DNA of 64,000 nt from a virus (IMGVR_UViG_3300028591_003737:1-64000); one strand, 5' to 3'. Positions 6,821 to 18,198 are shown, counted from the first letter of the stretch. Program-made: numbers and translations. Notes: generated by a model from the sequence alone, not told the origin.

Positions 6821-6832
6821 TTTCAAAGAACT
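6821..6832 (-). promoter_or_regulatory. boxA-like antitermination site
   Basis: AGTTCTTTGAAA just 5' of the first tRNA of the operon. Confidence 0.6.
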
Positions 6833-6852
6833 AATGTTTGTTTTGTATACTT

Positions 6853-6880
6853 ATTATAGAAATAAATTTTCTAAATTCAA
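6853..6880 (-). promoter_or_regulatory. Promoter of tRNA operon (TTGAAT..TATAAT)
   Basis: Minus strand TTGAATTTAGAAAATTTATTTCTATAAT; motif recurs in the window. Confidence 0.55.
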
Positions 6881-6988
6881 AATATTCTATAAAAAATTTC
6901 GAAGGTTTTTTGATATCTTTCTCAAATACCAAATAACCTTCGATTTACCTATCTTATATGTTGTTTTATTTGATATTTGAGCCTCTAT

Positions 6989-7090
6989 CTAGCATCCACA
7001 AGGGAAACCAGCAAACACTGATGCAACAGGTGACCAACTGAGCTGGCTACCTGAAATCTCACGAGCAATATGCATCATAGTGTTTCTCAT
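6989..7090 (-). CDS. 33-aa peptide MRNTMMHIAREISGSQLSWSPVASVFAGFPCGC
   Basis: Read by eye; upstream TTGAA-type promoter (7173-7200); downstream hairpin 6899-6945. Confidence 0.4.
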   Translation of the reverse strand: MRNTMMHIAREISGSQLSWSPVASVFAGFPCGC

Positions 7091-7218
7091 ATCAAATAAA
7101 TAATCTTCTAATTTATAATAAACTCTTTTTTTTAATTTGGATAAAAATTTTAACTAATCTTATCTAATTTTATTATAGAAATATTAAAATAAAAATTCAA
7201 TAATATACACTAAAAAAT

Positions 7219-7229
7219 TATTTTTATAT
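7219..7229 (+). promoter_or_regulatory. Putative late promoter motif TATTTTTATAT
   Basis: Recurs upstream of structural and leader-tagged genes. Confidence 0.5.
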
Positions 7230-7252
7230 ATAAAGATTTATAAATAAAATAT

Positions 7253-10200
7253 ATGTTTAAACCTCTTTTAAGAACAATACCTGCTTTAAGTGGTAATGTA
7301 AAGATAGTATGTTCTCTTACAGATTATAATAAGCTTTCTCAAAATGAATTTAATGCTTATGTAAGATTTGCTAAACTTCATCCACTTTCAAGTGTATTGT
7401 CTCAAAGAAATATAGAAATTAATCTTTTAACTTCATCATATGATTATGATTTAAAGAGATATTATAAGTATTATTCACAATATTTCTTTGATCCTGTTTA
7501 TGAGTATGATAAGAAGAATTTCATTTTATTAGATAAATCAGATACTCAGAAAAATAGAAATACTGATTTTGAATTTGGATGTAAAAGAATATCATATTTA
7601 AAGAGTGATAAACAATTTGCATTCTATACACCTATTTATATAGAGTCTTTAGAAGATTTACCAGATTATTTCAAAGTAAAAATTACATTAAAAAATAATA
7701 AATATCAGATAGAAAAAGAAATTAATATTAAAATATCTGATGAATATAAATATAATTATCTTAGAATTTATTTAAATAGATATTTAGAAAAATTAGATTC
7801 TAATGTAATATTTTGTAATACTGGTTCTAAGCAAGCAACATATTATGGTATTGATTTATTAAAAGGTGGTTTTACAAGATGTGTTGATAATTTAATTGCT
7901 AAGATATATACTAATCAGAATACTATAAATAATTTTGATAGTATCATTTCTAGTGGATTTGAAAGAAATAATATATGTATTCGTCAGATTTTACCATTAT
8001 GTTGGATATTTAATATTAATGATATTTTAACTGATGATGAAAAGAATAAGTTTAAAAATTCTCAGGTTTATATAAGTGGTATATGGTATAAGAATAATGA
8101 GATAGTTCATTTTTATGATATAGATATGAACTATCAATATTTATATGACAAACCATATTTATTAAATATCAATAATGGATTATTTACTTATAAGAATACA
8201 ATGAATAATCTTTTAAATATGGAATATCCATCTTTAAATGAATCTATGTATATTAATTATAGATATTCTAATAAAGTAAATAAGAAATATAATAGATGGA
8301 AATTAAAGTATTCTAGTGATGAACATCCATACATTACTAATCTTTCTCCAGCATTTTCTATTAATAGAGGTTCAACATATAAATATGGAGAATTTCCAGA
8401 AAGATATTCATCTCTTAATGTTATAACAGATGTCAATAATAATATGATACTTCCTATCGGAAATTCTTTAAAGAATGAAGATAGTCCTTATTTTAATAAT
8501 TATGCTTTAGTAAATAATTATGTAAATATAATGAACAATAATGTATCTACATGGTATACATTAACAAATGATTTAAAGGATATCTTTAATCAAGATATAT
8601 GGACAGATGTTATTGATAATAAGACATATTATAAAGGAATATTATATAAGTTTGATAATTTATATAATGAAGATGTATTTGATTTATATAAATTTGATAA
8701 ATTTAGTGTAATAGTTAATTTACATTTTGATAAGTTAAAAGATAAAGATCTTGAAAATATAAAGAAGGCTGATATATCATTATATACTTCTCCAAAATAT
8801 ATCACTGATAAAACAATCTGTTTAAGTGAAAGAATTCCTGAAGGATTATCATCTGGAGAATTTAATAAATTACCTTCATTATATAATACATTGAGCACAA
8901 AAAATAATGCTCAAATTGTATTTGATAAATTATATATTAAAGCAGAAGATTCTACTGGAGATTTCATTGATATGTTATCTCTTGGATTTAATATATATGA
9001 TGTCAATAGTTATTATAAATATTCAGATATAGTTAAGAACTTTAATATAGAACATGGATTTTATGATGATATTATAGAAGTATTAAAGAGTAGTGAAAAG
9101 TTCAATACTTATTTCATAGATGGTTATGAGATGCTTCCTATATCTAAATTAAAAAATATTCTTCATGAGAATAACAGAGATATATTATTTGAAAGTAAAA
9201 GAAATACAAGATGGATTTTAGATAATCTTTATTTCTCTCAACATGGTAATTATTATAAGACTAAATATGATAGAGATACATTAGTAAAACTTATAAAAGA
9301 ATATGGAGAAGAAAATAATATGATTCCATTATTCATTAAATGTAAGTTTATTGCTAAGTCTTATTTAATTTCTATTTTACATGATTATTATAAGGATGCT
9401 TATTCACAATATGAAGATATATTCAATTATCTTGTTGAATATAGATATTATCCAAGAGTAAAAGATGAAACTTCTGCTACTTATGCATCAGATTTATTTA
9501 TTAAGAGAAATTTATCATTAGGAGATAATTATGGTAATTATATTCCTAGTGATAAAGTAGATAATGATGTATTATATGTAGATACTTATAATTTAAATAA
9601 TGTAATAAATAAGTATAATCAAAGATATCATCAGAATATTAAAGAAATTAGTGATGAAATTGAAATATTTGCTAAGTTCTTAAATATGAAACATATCTTA
9701 TATTATATTTCAGATTTATATAAGAATGCTGATTCAGAAATTAACTTAAAAGAATTATTTAATTCATTATATCTTAGAAAGAGATTAGTTATTAATCATG
9801 AAGAAATTTCTGACTTAGACTTTAAAGATTATTATATCCATATTTCTCAATTATATGATAGATTCCGTCCTCTTACTCATCAAGAAAAGAAGGATATTAT
9901 AAATGGTACATTAGTTAAACATATATATAAGAAAGTAGATAATCATTATTCAAATTCTGCTTATAAATATTTAGGAGAATCTAATAACGATTATCATTTT
10001 GAAGATTTTTATTTTATTCCTCAATTCTATGTTCAAACTAATGTTGGAACAATGATGTTATTATCAGATTACTTAAGAAATAATATTGATAGTATAGATA
10101 CTGAAATATTAGAAAATAATAATTTTGAAGATGTATTATCAATATCTATTGATAAAGATTCTTCTATTGATGATATTAAAGAAACTTTAAAAGTATCTGA

Positions 10201-12184
10201 AAGAAATGCAAATTATTTAAAGAAAAAGATAAAATCATTAATAAATAATATAAAAGATAATATATATTATAAAGTTCATGATACTGATGAACCTATAAAA
10301 TATAATAATTATACTGGAATTAATGATTATATTATTTTATCAGATCCTAATCTTAAAACAGATATTCTTGATAATAAAGATAGAATTATAACATATGTTA
10401 TAGATGAAAATGGAAATTTTGTTCGTAAAGAATTTGATAAAGATATATATTATGTTTTAAGAGAAGAAGCTGATGAAGATTATAATGAATATATGAATGA
10501 TGTAATTTCTAATTTTGCATCTGATATTCATTTCTATGAAAAGAATAATTATTATAAATTCTCAGAACATTATTATAAGACTCATAATGAAGATGATTTA
10601 GTAGATATTCCAGATCTTGATGGTGAATATAATTCTAAGTTTACTTTTGAAGTTGTATATAAAAAGAACTTTGTTAAGTTAAATAAGAATTTATATGACT
10701 TGATTGGTCTTGAAAATAATATTGCTTATAAAGATTTATATATTTATAAGATTTATCAAGCAAATGAATATCCAGCAGATCTTAGAATATATTATTCAGA
10801 TAAAGATGTTCCAGAAGCATTAGATATAACAAGTTGTTTATATCCATTATTCAATGATATTCATCTTCAAGAAAAGAAATATTCAGTAATATATTCTGAA
10901 TATAATCAAGCAAATATTTATAAAGTATCTACAATTAATGATAATTATTATAGATATAATCAAAGTGATATTACTTGTATGTATGATATAAGTACTTTAC
11001 CTAAAGATAAAGAATATGAAATTATAGACGTAGAAAATGGTAAGCATACTCTTTGTTATACATATGATTATTGGTGGGAATTAACTAATGAAGATAATCC
11101 ATTAGTAGAAAATCATGAAATACTTCCAACATATAAATTATTAAATTCATGTTATTCCACACCAGTTAAATTCTATGATACTTTAAATTTATTTGATGAA
11201 TTTAATATTAATTCATATATTTCACAAAGTACATATACATATTCTTATACTTATATTAAGAGTGAAGTAGAAACTAGTGGTAGTTATAATATAATAGTTG
11301 ATAAAGAATATGAAGGTATTGGTACAGGTATTGCATATACAACATATGGATTTATTATATTAGATACTCATATTGATAATACAAATGTATCATTTAATAT
11401 TGTTGATGATAAATATAAGAAGAAAAAATTCTTTACATCAGTAAATGAACATAATATTTATGATTCTAATTATAATATTCAAGATACATTTAATTTAATG
11501 GTACCATTTTCAAATATTAATTTATTTGATACATTTACTTCTTATTATAGTAAAATATTTATTAAACCTAATAAGTTTAATATTAATACATATTATAAAC
11601 AAACACCAATTATAGATGATAGTGGAATAACTTATGCATATTCAATAAATTATCGTCCTCAACATATTGATGTTTTAACTCTTCAAAGATATTTTGACAG
11701 TATTGTACCTAATATAAAGAAGACTAATGTATTAGAATCAACTTACTGTTTAAAATATAAAAATTATAAATATCAGACAGAAAATATTGATTATATAAAT
11801 GACATCTTCTATACAGAAAATGTTAATATATATAATTACAATAAGTTAAGAGTATATAATACAAAGAATACATATACATTATTTGAACCAGTTGAATATA
11901 AACATTTGAATGATAATAAATTAATTAATCTTAATGAAGAATTTACAATAGATGAACCTGGTAAATTTACTTATGATGAATTAATAATCAGAGAAAAAGA
12001 AAATTATGTATTAGAAAAATTCAAAAATTATATCTTATTAGATAAATTGAATGATTTTGATGATGACCAAATTTTATTTTTATATAATAGATATCATGTT
12101 GATTATAATACTGAATGTATTGGTTTGAATAACATGAAAACTGAAAAATTATATACACTAAAATATAAATTCACATTACTTTAA
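7253..12184 (+). CDS. Large hypothetical protein (1643 aa), probable virion protein
   Basis: Long intact ORF; TATTTTTATAT upstream. Confidence 0.6.
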   Translation: MFKPLLRTIPALSGNVKIVCSLTDYNKLSQNEFNAYVRFAKLHPLSSVLSQRNIEINLLTSSYDYDLKRYYKYYSQYFFDPVYEYDKKNFILLDKSDTQKNRNTDFEFGCKRISYLKSDKQFAFYTPIYIESLEDLPDYFKVKITLKNNKYQIEKEINIKISDEYKYNYLRIYLNRYLEKLDSNVIFCNTGSKQATYYGIDLLKGGFTRCVDNLIAKIYTNQNTINNFDSIISSGFERNNICIRQILPLCWIFNINDILTDDEKNKFKNSQVYISGIWYKNNEIVHFYDIDMNYQYLYDKPYLLNINNGLFTYKNTMNNLLNMEYPSLNESMYINYRYSNKVNKKYNRWKLKYSSDEHPYITNLSPAFSINRGSTYKYGEFPERYSSLNVITDVNNNMILPIGNSLKNEDSPYFNNYALVNNYVNIMNNNVSTWYTLTNDLKDIFNQDIWTDVIDNKTYYKGILYKFDNLYNEDVFDLYKFDKFSVIVNLHFDKLKDKDLENIKKADISLYTSPKYITDKTICLSERIPEGLSSGEFNKLPSLYNTLSTKNNAQIVFDKLYIKAEDSTGDFIDMLSLGFNIYDVNSYYKYSDIVKNFNIEHGFYDDIIEVLKSSEKFNTYFIDGYEMLPISKLKNILHENNRDILFESKRNTRWILDNLYFSQHGNYYKTKYDRDTLVKLIKEYGEENNMIPLFIKCKFIAKSYLISILHDYYKDAYSQYEDIFNYLVEYRYYPRVKDETSATYASDLFIKRNLSLGDNYGNYIPSDKVDNDVLYVDTYNLNNVINKYNQRYHQNIKEISDEIEIFAKFLNMKHILYYISDLYKNADSEINLKELFNSLYLRKRLVINHEEISDLDFKDYYIHISQLYDRFRPLTHQEKKDIINGTLVKHIYKKVDNHYSNSAYKYLGESNNDYHFEDFYFIPQFYVQTNVGTMMLLSDYLRNNIDSIDTEILENNNFEDVLSISIDKDSSIDDIKETLKVSERNANYLKKKIKSLINNIKDNIYYKVHDTDEPIKYNNYTGINDYIILSDPNLKTDILDNKDRIITYVIDENGNFVRKEFDKDIYYVLREEADEDYNEYMNDVISNFASDIHFYEKNNYYKFSEHYYKTHNEDDLVDIPDLDGEYNSKFTFEVVYKKNFVKLNKNLYDLIGLENNIAYKDLYIYKIYQANEYPADLRIYYSDKDVPEALDITSCLYPLFNDIHLQEKKYSVIYSEYNQANIYKVSTINDNYYRYNQSDITCMYDISTLPKDKEYEIIDVENGKHTLCYTYDYWWELTNEDNPLVENHEILPTYKLLNSCYSTPVKFYDTLNLFDEFNINSYISQSTYTYSYTYIKSEVETSGSYNIIVDKEYEGIGTGIAYTTYGFIILDTHIDNTNVSFNIVDDKYKKKKFFTSVNEHNIYDSNYNIQDTFNLMVPFSNINLFDTFTSYYSKIFIKPNKFNINTYYKQTPIIDDSGITYAYSINYRPQHIDVLTLQRYFDSIVPNIKKTNVLESTYCLKYKNYKYQTENIDYINDIFYTENVNIYNYNKLRVYNTKNTYTLFEPVEYKHLNDNKLINLNEEFTIDEPGKFTYDELIIREKENYVLEKFKNYILLDKLNDFDDDQILFLYNRYHVDYNTECIGLNNMKTEKLYTLKYKFTLL

Positions 12185-12186
12185 AA

Positions 12187-15100
12187 ATGGCTATACAATC
12201 AATAAATACATTGCAGAATTCTGACAATTATAACAATATTGCAAAGGAATATATACTTCAATCACTTGCTAACCTTGGACAGAGATATAATGTAAAAGGT
12301 GATAGCATTAGTATTGATAGTTTATCTTTTGATAAATTATTTAATTTAACAGAAGTTGATACTGATAATACTCTTGTTGTAGTTGAAAAGAATAAAGAAA
12401 CTGATAAATATGAAATTTATCTTGTAGAAAAAGATGTCAATGGTTGGAAACTTACTCAAAGAAAATATGCTGAACAAACATTATCTACAGAAGATGAATC
12501 TTTAACAATTGAAAGTTTTGTTTTAGATTCAAATCCTGCTTTACAATATTCTGCTGCTGAATTTATAAATAATAAAATAAATGATAGTATTTATTATGAT
12601 TTTTATTGTCGCCAAGATAATAATGTAAATAGTAATGTAAATTATATTTCAGAAAGATTTGATAAAAACAGTGATAAATTAGTTTCTGGAATTAGAATAT
12701 TTAAGAAACATTTTAGTCAATCATTTGTAAATAATTATATTTTAGTTTCAGTTAAATTAAATAGTGATAATGATTATGATGTTAAATTATATGTTTCTAA
12801 AGAAACTATAGATAATATCAATGAATCAGATCTTTATGATTTTGTTAAAGAATATGATTATGTTTCAGATAATTATTTAACATCAATGTTTAATTTAGTA
12901 TATACTGTAACATGTGATTATGATAATTATAAGATAATTGCTTCTTCAGAATTATTATCACAATTTGCTACTTCTGATCAAGATATTCTTCAAAATCAGA
13001 TATTATATTCTTTTACTGATGATATTAATAATTTATATCCATATCTTAAAGAAGAATATTCTGTTTCTAATTATGGTAAAATTGAAGGAATATATGTAAA
13101 ACTTCTTCAAGAATTATATAATGAAATAAAAATTGATGATGATTTTGATAATAAGATTTACATTCCTTTAAAAGATAAAGAAGGTAATTTCTATTCAATA
13201 ACTTATACATATAATACAAATAAACCAGAAATAGTATATTTCGCTGGTAAAGATATTGAAGTAAGATTTATAGAGAATGATATTACTGACTCTTGGATGG
13301 ATATTAATTATGAAGATTATAAAGGAACAATTATATCTCATACTGAAAAATCTGAAAGAGTATCATTCTATTATTTTGAAACTCAATTATATAATAATGA
13401 ATTTATTACTGATCTTAATGTAAATAAGATTAGTACTCTTCCATATATTGATAAAAATGGTTATTGGGTAATCAATGATATTTCAACAGGTATTTATGCA
13501 AGAGGTAGAAGTGCTGGTAATCCTAATATTATTATTGTTGAAACAACTAATAAAGAAGGTGGATATAATATAATTACTGGTGCTAAAAAGTCAGAACTTC
13601 TTGAACAATTAGTATGGACAAGTAAAGTTGCTAAAGTAGAACCTCTTGAAAGAATCAATCTTGATAACCTTTCATTTAAAAATGAATTTGATTATTTCTC
13701 AGTAGTTTGTTCAATTCCTGATATTGAGAGAATTCCAGAAGTAAATAAATTAGATTATCTTGCACAACTTGAAAATTCAATTATCATTTGTGTATCTCCA
13801 ATATCATGTATAAACTATGATGAAAATGATAATACAGATAATATAAATTATTCTTATGATGATGTTGTTGAAATCTATGGAGAATATGGTATTATAACAA
13901 CAATTTGGACTCTTAATGATGAAAATGAATTTGATTATTTAAGAAAGAGAAATAATGATTATGCTGCTGCAGATTTTAATTATCTTTCTAATATAAATAA
14001 TCTTATCCAATATGCTGTTAAGAATGCTGAACAACTTCACCCAGATAATTATGAATTTACAAGATTAATATTTGATTCAATTAATACTTCATTAAAGAAT
14101 AATACAAGTGAAAACATTTCTTATATTTATCCAAATCTTTCTAATAAATTAAGTGGACAATATAATATTTCTAATTATAACAATGATATTAACTTTACAT
14201 TTAAAGCTAATAATGTAATTGGAAAACAGAATAATAGAAATGTTGATTATTTAACACAAAGTAGTGATGTTAAATATTATAACCCTTCATTTAATATTGA
14301 TGAACTTAATTCAGCAAATGTAGTTACTAATTCATTATATACTTATAATGTAAATGGTGTACAAATGAGATATAATGAATATATCCCTAACTATAATGTT
14401 CCATCATTTGATTTAAGTGAAGTTCTTACAAGAAATGAAACTCTTTTAAATAGATTAAATATACTTTCTTTCAATAAAGAAGGTAACTCATATTTATCAT
14501 ATATTGGTACATCAATTGATACTGATAAGAATATTTTAACTATTGGTACAACTGATACTAATATAAATATGGGTACAGATACATTAATATCTGAAGCTGA
14601 TAAATCTTCATTCAATAAACAAAATAAAATTGAAGTTAACTTTGATAATGTAAAATTAGCAGGTGAAACAACAATTAATAAAAACTTAAATGTTGATGAA
14701 GATGTTTATTTAAATGGAAATGTTTGGACAAAAGATTTTTTAAGTGTAGAAACTAAAACAAGATATACAGATGTAACTTATTATACTTCTATAGTTACTC
14801 CAGCATCAAGATATATATTTGAAGTTGATGAATATTTTAATAATATTTCAGATAATGTTGGTCGTGTTGAAGTTTTACCTACAATTTATGCAGATCTTGA
14901 TAGTTCATATACTAATTTATCATATTTAACATCATATGCTTTATATGAATGGTGTATAGATAGAAATAAATTATATACAATTACTACAATTCCAGAATAT
15001 TATACTAATAATACTAAGCATAATATTTATTTCAGTGATGGTATTTATGTTCCAGTATTATTATCTCAGATAGGACTTTCTAAATATGTAAAGAATAATG

Positions 15101-15417
15101 ATAATAGTATTAAATTAGATAATGTTGTAATAACTTCTAATATGGAATTAATTACTGTTGATAATAATCCATTATTACTTTTATCTTCTTCTACTAATTT
15201 ATATCCTGATAAATATAATTATAGTAGAACAAATAATGGAAATAATTTATTTGTTGATAATATTAACAGTAACTTTACATATACAATATTTACTGCAAAT
15301 CCTCTTAAGATAACATATTTTGAAAATAATGGAAAATTATTTATTCATTTAGAAGAATTATATTCAAAGAATAAGTTTACTACTAATTTTAAATTAAAAC
15401 AAAATTATATCCTTTAA
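12187..15417 (+). CDS. Large hypothetical protein (1076 aa), probable virion/tail protein
   Basis: PYIDKNGYWVIN..TGIYARG motif of the type seen in fibre-like proteins. Confidence 0.55.
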   Translation: MAIQSINTLQNSDNYNNIAKEYILQSLANLGQRYNVKGDSISIDSLSFDKLFNLTEVDTDNTLVVVEKNKETDKYEIYLVEKDVNGWKLTQRKYAEQTLSTEDESLTIESFVLDSNPALQYSAAEFINNKINDSIYYDFYCRQDNNVNSNVNYISERFDKNSDKLVSGIRIFKKHFSQSFVNNYILVSVKLNSDNDYDVKLYVSKETIDNINESDLYDFVKEYDYVSDNYLTSMFNLVYTVTCDYDNYKIIASSELLSQFATSDQDILQNQILYSFTDDINNLYPYLKEEYSVSNYGKIEGIYVKLLQELYNEIKIDDDFDNKIYIPLKDKEGNFYSITYTYNTNKPEIVYFAGKDIEVRFIENDITDSWMDINYEDYKGTIISHTEKSERVSFYYFETQLYNNEFITDLNVNKISTLPYIDKNGYWVINDISTGIYARGRSAGNPNIIIVETTNKEGGYNIITGAKKSELLEQLVWTSKVAKVEPLERINLDNLSFKNEFDYFSVVCSIPDIERIPEVNKLDYLAQLENSIIICVSPISCINYDENDNTDNINYSYDDVVEIYGEYGIITTIWTLNDENEFDYLRKRNNDYAAADFNYLSNINNLIQYAVKNAEQLHPDNYEFTRLIFDSINTSLKNNTSENISYIYPNLSNKLSGQYNISNYNNDINFTFKANNVIGKQNNRNVDYLTQSSDVKYYNPSFNIDELNSANVVTNSLYTYNVNGVQMRYNEYIPNYNVPSFDLSEVLTRNETLLNRLNILSFNKEGNSYLSYIGTSIDTDKNILTIGTTDTNINMGTDTLISEADKSSFNKQNKIEVNFDNVKLAGETTINKNLNVDEDVYLNGNVWTKDFLSVETKTRYTDVTYYTSIVTPASRYIFEVDEYFNNISDNVGRVEVLPTIYADLDSSYTNLSYLTSYALYEWCIDRNKLYTITTIPEYYTNNTKHNIYFSDGIYVPVLLSQIGLSKYVKNNDNSIKLDNVVITSNMELITVDNNPLLLLSSSTNLYPDKYNYSRTNNGNNLFVDNINSNFTYTIFTANPLKITYFENNGKLFIHLEELYSKNKFTTNFKLKQNYIL

Positions 15418-15425
15418 TTCACAAT

Positions 15426-15980
15426 ATGAATAGAAAAGTTTTTATAACAGGACCAAATACTATTGATAAATTAGCTATTGCTAAACTTTTAGTAGAAAAA
15501 GATGATGATTTATCAATAGCAGATAGATTTACAAATAATGATTCTTATATAAATTCAGAGAATGATGAATATATATATTATTTATCTACTCAAGAAATTG
15601 ATTTAAGTTATAAGAATAATGCTATGCTGTTTGTAAATACTAATAATTATATTTCAACAGGTATTACATTAGATTCTTATTACAATAATGATATATGTGT
15701 AATGTCATTATGTGAATTTAATAATATAAGTGATGTGATTTTTAAATCAGAATTAAATGATATTGTTTTAATTTGGATAGACTCAGATGTAATTAAGAGT
15801 AATTTTGATAAATCAGATATAAATGAATCACAGTTTTTACAAGAAAGACTTGATTATGATTCAAATATTAAATATATGTATTTCTTTAATGAAGATCCAG
15901 ATGTTATTACAGATATTATTTTAGAATATTTAGATGGTGATGAAGTTAAAAGAAATGAGTTATTAGAAGAAAATAATTAA
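15426..15980 (+). CDS. Guanylate-kinase-like protein, degenerate P-loop
   Basis: VFITGPNTIDK; YYLS..E; TGIT resemble Gmk motifs. Confidence 0.45.
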   Translation: MNRKVFITGPNTIDKLAIAKLLVEKDDDLSIADRFTNNDSYINSENDEYIYYLSTQEIDLSYKNNAMLFVNTNNYISTGITLDSYYNNDICVMSLCEFNNISDVIFKSELNDIVLIWIDSDVIKSNFDKSDINESQFLQERLDYDSNIKYMYFFNEDPDVITDIILEYLDGDEVKRNELLEENN

Positions 15981-16061
15981 AATTTTTAAAAAACTTTGAA
16001 TTTTTAATTAACGAATTTCTATATATAATATATACTATAAATATATATATCTAGATATAAT

Positions 16062-16697
16062 ATGATGCAACCTAATATGATGGACTTTGGTTCTGGTCCA
16101 GGTGGTGCAATGATTAGCGGTAAATGGATTAATAGAAAAACTGGTGAGGTTATAAATGTAAGAGATTCATTTATTGAAGGAGATAATAATATGGTGCTTA
16201 TGACTGATAAGGGTCAAATGAGCATGGAAACATTTACAAAATATTATATTCAGGCATCTGATGAAATGTATGATGCAAATGGTAAAGTTATTGATAATAA
16301 ACCTGTAGAAATTTCAGAAATTACAAATGCTGAAACAGATTTAGTAGCTGATCCTATAGTATTTAGTAATCCTTCATTGAATACACCTATTGGTGGAAGT
16401 GCACCTAAAAAGCAAATAAACAATTTTGAGTTAATCGATAAGATATTTAAGAAGAGTAATTGGGAACCTAATATTGAAATAGATATTAAATCTGGAGAAG
16501 ATTTCCCTACAAAAGAATTAAATATGCTTATTGATTATTTTGATGTAAAGATAGAAGATATTAGCGAATATATTGGTAATTATGTAATAAATCAAGATTT
16601 GTTACGTGAAAAAATATCAAATTATTTAAGAAGTAATTTTAATCGTAAAGATTCTCAAGTAATTGTTAAGACATCTAAGACAAAAAAGACTTCATAA
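16062..16697 (+). CDS. Hypothetical protein
   Basis: 211-aa ORF with upstream TTGAA promoter. Confidence 0.6.
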   Translation: MMQPNMMDFGSGPGGAMISGKWINRKTGEVINVRDSFIEGDNNMVLMTDKGQMSMETFTKYYIQASDEMYDANGKVIDNKPVEISEITNAETDLVADPIVFSNPSLNTPIGGSAPKKQINNFELIDKIFKKSNWEPNIEIDIKSGEDFPTKELNMLIDYFDVKIEDISEYIGNYVINQDLLREKISNYLRSNFNRKDSQVIVKTSKTKKTS

Positions 16698-16741
16698 TGA
16701 TTTGATTTATTACCAAATTAATTTTTTGTTTAACTTTTAAA

Positions 16742-16999
16742 ATGTTCGGCAATAATGAAAAACAATTCGTGGAATCGTTGGTTAATCATTTAGTCAATGT
16801 GGCAAAAGTACAAGACTACCTTAAAGAAAATTTTAATGTCTCTAGTTACTATGATGAAGATAACGAGACACTGCATTTGGTGGCAAATGGAATCAATGAA
16901 GGACTTGACTTAGCGGCTGCAAAGAGATATGTTAATCAACAAATTGATGAAACAATGCTTTCAGTTGTATATGGTGGAGTCGATTTTGAAGAAGAGTAA
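16742..16999 (+). CDS. Hypothetical protein
   Basis: 85-aa ORF. Confidence 0.55.
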   Translation: MFGNNEKQFVESLVNHLVNVAKVQDYLKENFNVSSYYDEDNETLHLVANGINEGLDLAAAKRYVNQQIDETMLSVVYGGVDFEEE

Positions 17000-17071
17000 A
17001 AATTAATAACACATATATAACAAAATACTGGAATCCTTTATATAGGATTCCTTTATTTTATATATAGATAT

Positions 17072-17103
17072 AAAAAAGAGGAACTCATTAGAGTTCCTTT
17101 TTT
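17072..17103. terminator. Bidirectional intrinsic terminator
   Basis: AAAAAAGAGGAACTC-ATTA-GAGTTCCTTTTTT between convergent genes. Confidence 0.75.
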
Positions 17104-17124
17104 CTGTTTAACCCTTATTTAATA

Positions 17125-17286
17125 TTATCCTTCGAATTTCTTACGATATTCAGAATAATGATTAATAATGTCGAAATAGGTTTCTTTATCAAGACCTGTT
17201 TCCTCAATTGCACGACGGTCAAACATATTGTAATGACCGAGTTCCTGTACACGGCGATAAGCCATAAATTGTTCTTTTGTAACCAT
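17125..17286 (-). CDS. Small hypothetical protein (DUF5049-like)
   Basis: MVTKEQF..VQELGHYNMFD; start moved to internal ATG. Confidence 0.5.
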   Translation of the reverse strand: MVTKEQFMAYRRVQELGHYNMFDRRAIEETGLDKETYFDIINHYSEYRKKFEG

Positions 17287-17288
17287 AA

Positions 17289-17504
17289 TTATTCTTCTAC
17301 TTCCCAACGATAAACATAAGAAATATACCAGCAGCAAGGAATCATCATTCCTTCAGTTCTGTCAGGAAAAATCTGTGGAATTACCTGGATAGAAATAACA
17401 TCTTCAGGTTTATTGAGTTTATAAACTTCTTTATTAAGAACCTGATCTACTTCTTCAGAAGTTTTGCAAAATACATCACGATGTGCGTATTCGTACCTTT
17501 TCAT
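17289..17504 (-). CDS. Hypothetical protein
   Basis: Tightly packed operon ORF. Confidence 0.6.
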   Translation of the reverse strand: MKRYEYAHRDVFCKTSEEVDQVLNKEVYKLNKPEDVISIQVIPQIFPDRTEGMMIPCCWYISYVYRWEVEE

Positions 17505-17506
17505 AA

Positions 17507-17821
17507 TTACTTATTAATTTTATCCATGTTAAACTTATAAGCTCGATAAGTGCAGAAACCACTCTGCTGAATTGTCTCAGTTGGAGTAGCAAGTTCATTC
17601 TCTTCCAACCATTTACCTACACCAGGCATATTGTTTTCATCAACAAACTGAGTATCTTCATCAAGAAGAAAAGAATCAGGAAGATTGACAGTAACAGTAC
17701 CATAATGATATCCAGAAACATTATACTTGTCTCGAACCATCATCATAATAGCAAGACTACCATTATTCTGGTAATGACTGACTTTAAAATAAACTGGATG
17801 TTTTTCGTACCAATAATCCAT
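17507..17821 (-). CDS. DUF4313-like protein
   Basis: YQNNGSLAI..TVNLP..FVDENN..WLEENELA..SGFCTYRAYKF. Confidence 0.7.
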   Translation of the reverse strand: MDYWYEKHPVYFKVSHYQNNGSLAIMMMVRDKYNVSGYHYGTVTVNLPDSFLLDEDTQFVDENNMPGVGKWLEENELATPTETIQQSGFCTYRAYKFNMDKINK

Positions 17822-17826
17822 AATAT

Positions 17827-18198
17827 TTACTTTTTAATTACACCAAATTCAGTGAAACTACCAAACTCACTCCAAACAGAAGTACCAATGAGATAGCGGC
17901 CATCTTTTGAAGAGATATAAAACTTACTACCATCTTCGATATTAGTTATCTCAATAGTAGTCTTATTGTCATAAATATTAGTATGTACATTACCACTATA
18001 AATGCGGCAATATGTATTAGCAATTTCAAGGAAATGATCATAAAGATCTTTAAGATAATGGTCTCCTACAGGCTTAGAATGCCACATAGTATCAAATTCA
18101 CCAAAGATATCCTGACAGATAGAGGTGTAATGATAAAACTTAGTGATGACCCATTTAGTAAGGTCAAGTCGTTTAATGTTTTTATGCCATTCAGTCAT
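17827..18198 (-). CDS. Hypothetical early protein
   Basis: Start MTEWHK follows the conserved early promoter/UTR module. Confidence 0.6.
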   Translation of the reverse strand: MTEWHKNIKRLDLTKWVITKFYHYTSICQDIFGEFDTMWHSKPVGDHYLKDLYDHFLEIANTYCRIYSGNVHTNIYDNKTTIEITNIEDGSKFYISSKDGRYLIGTSVWSEFGSFTEFGVIKK

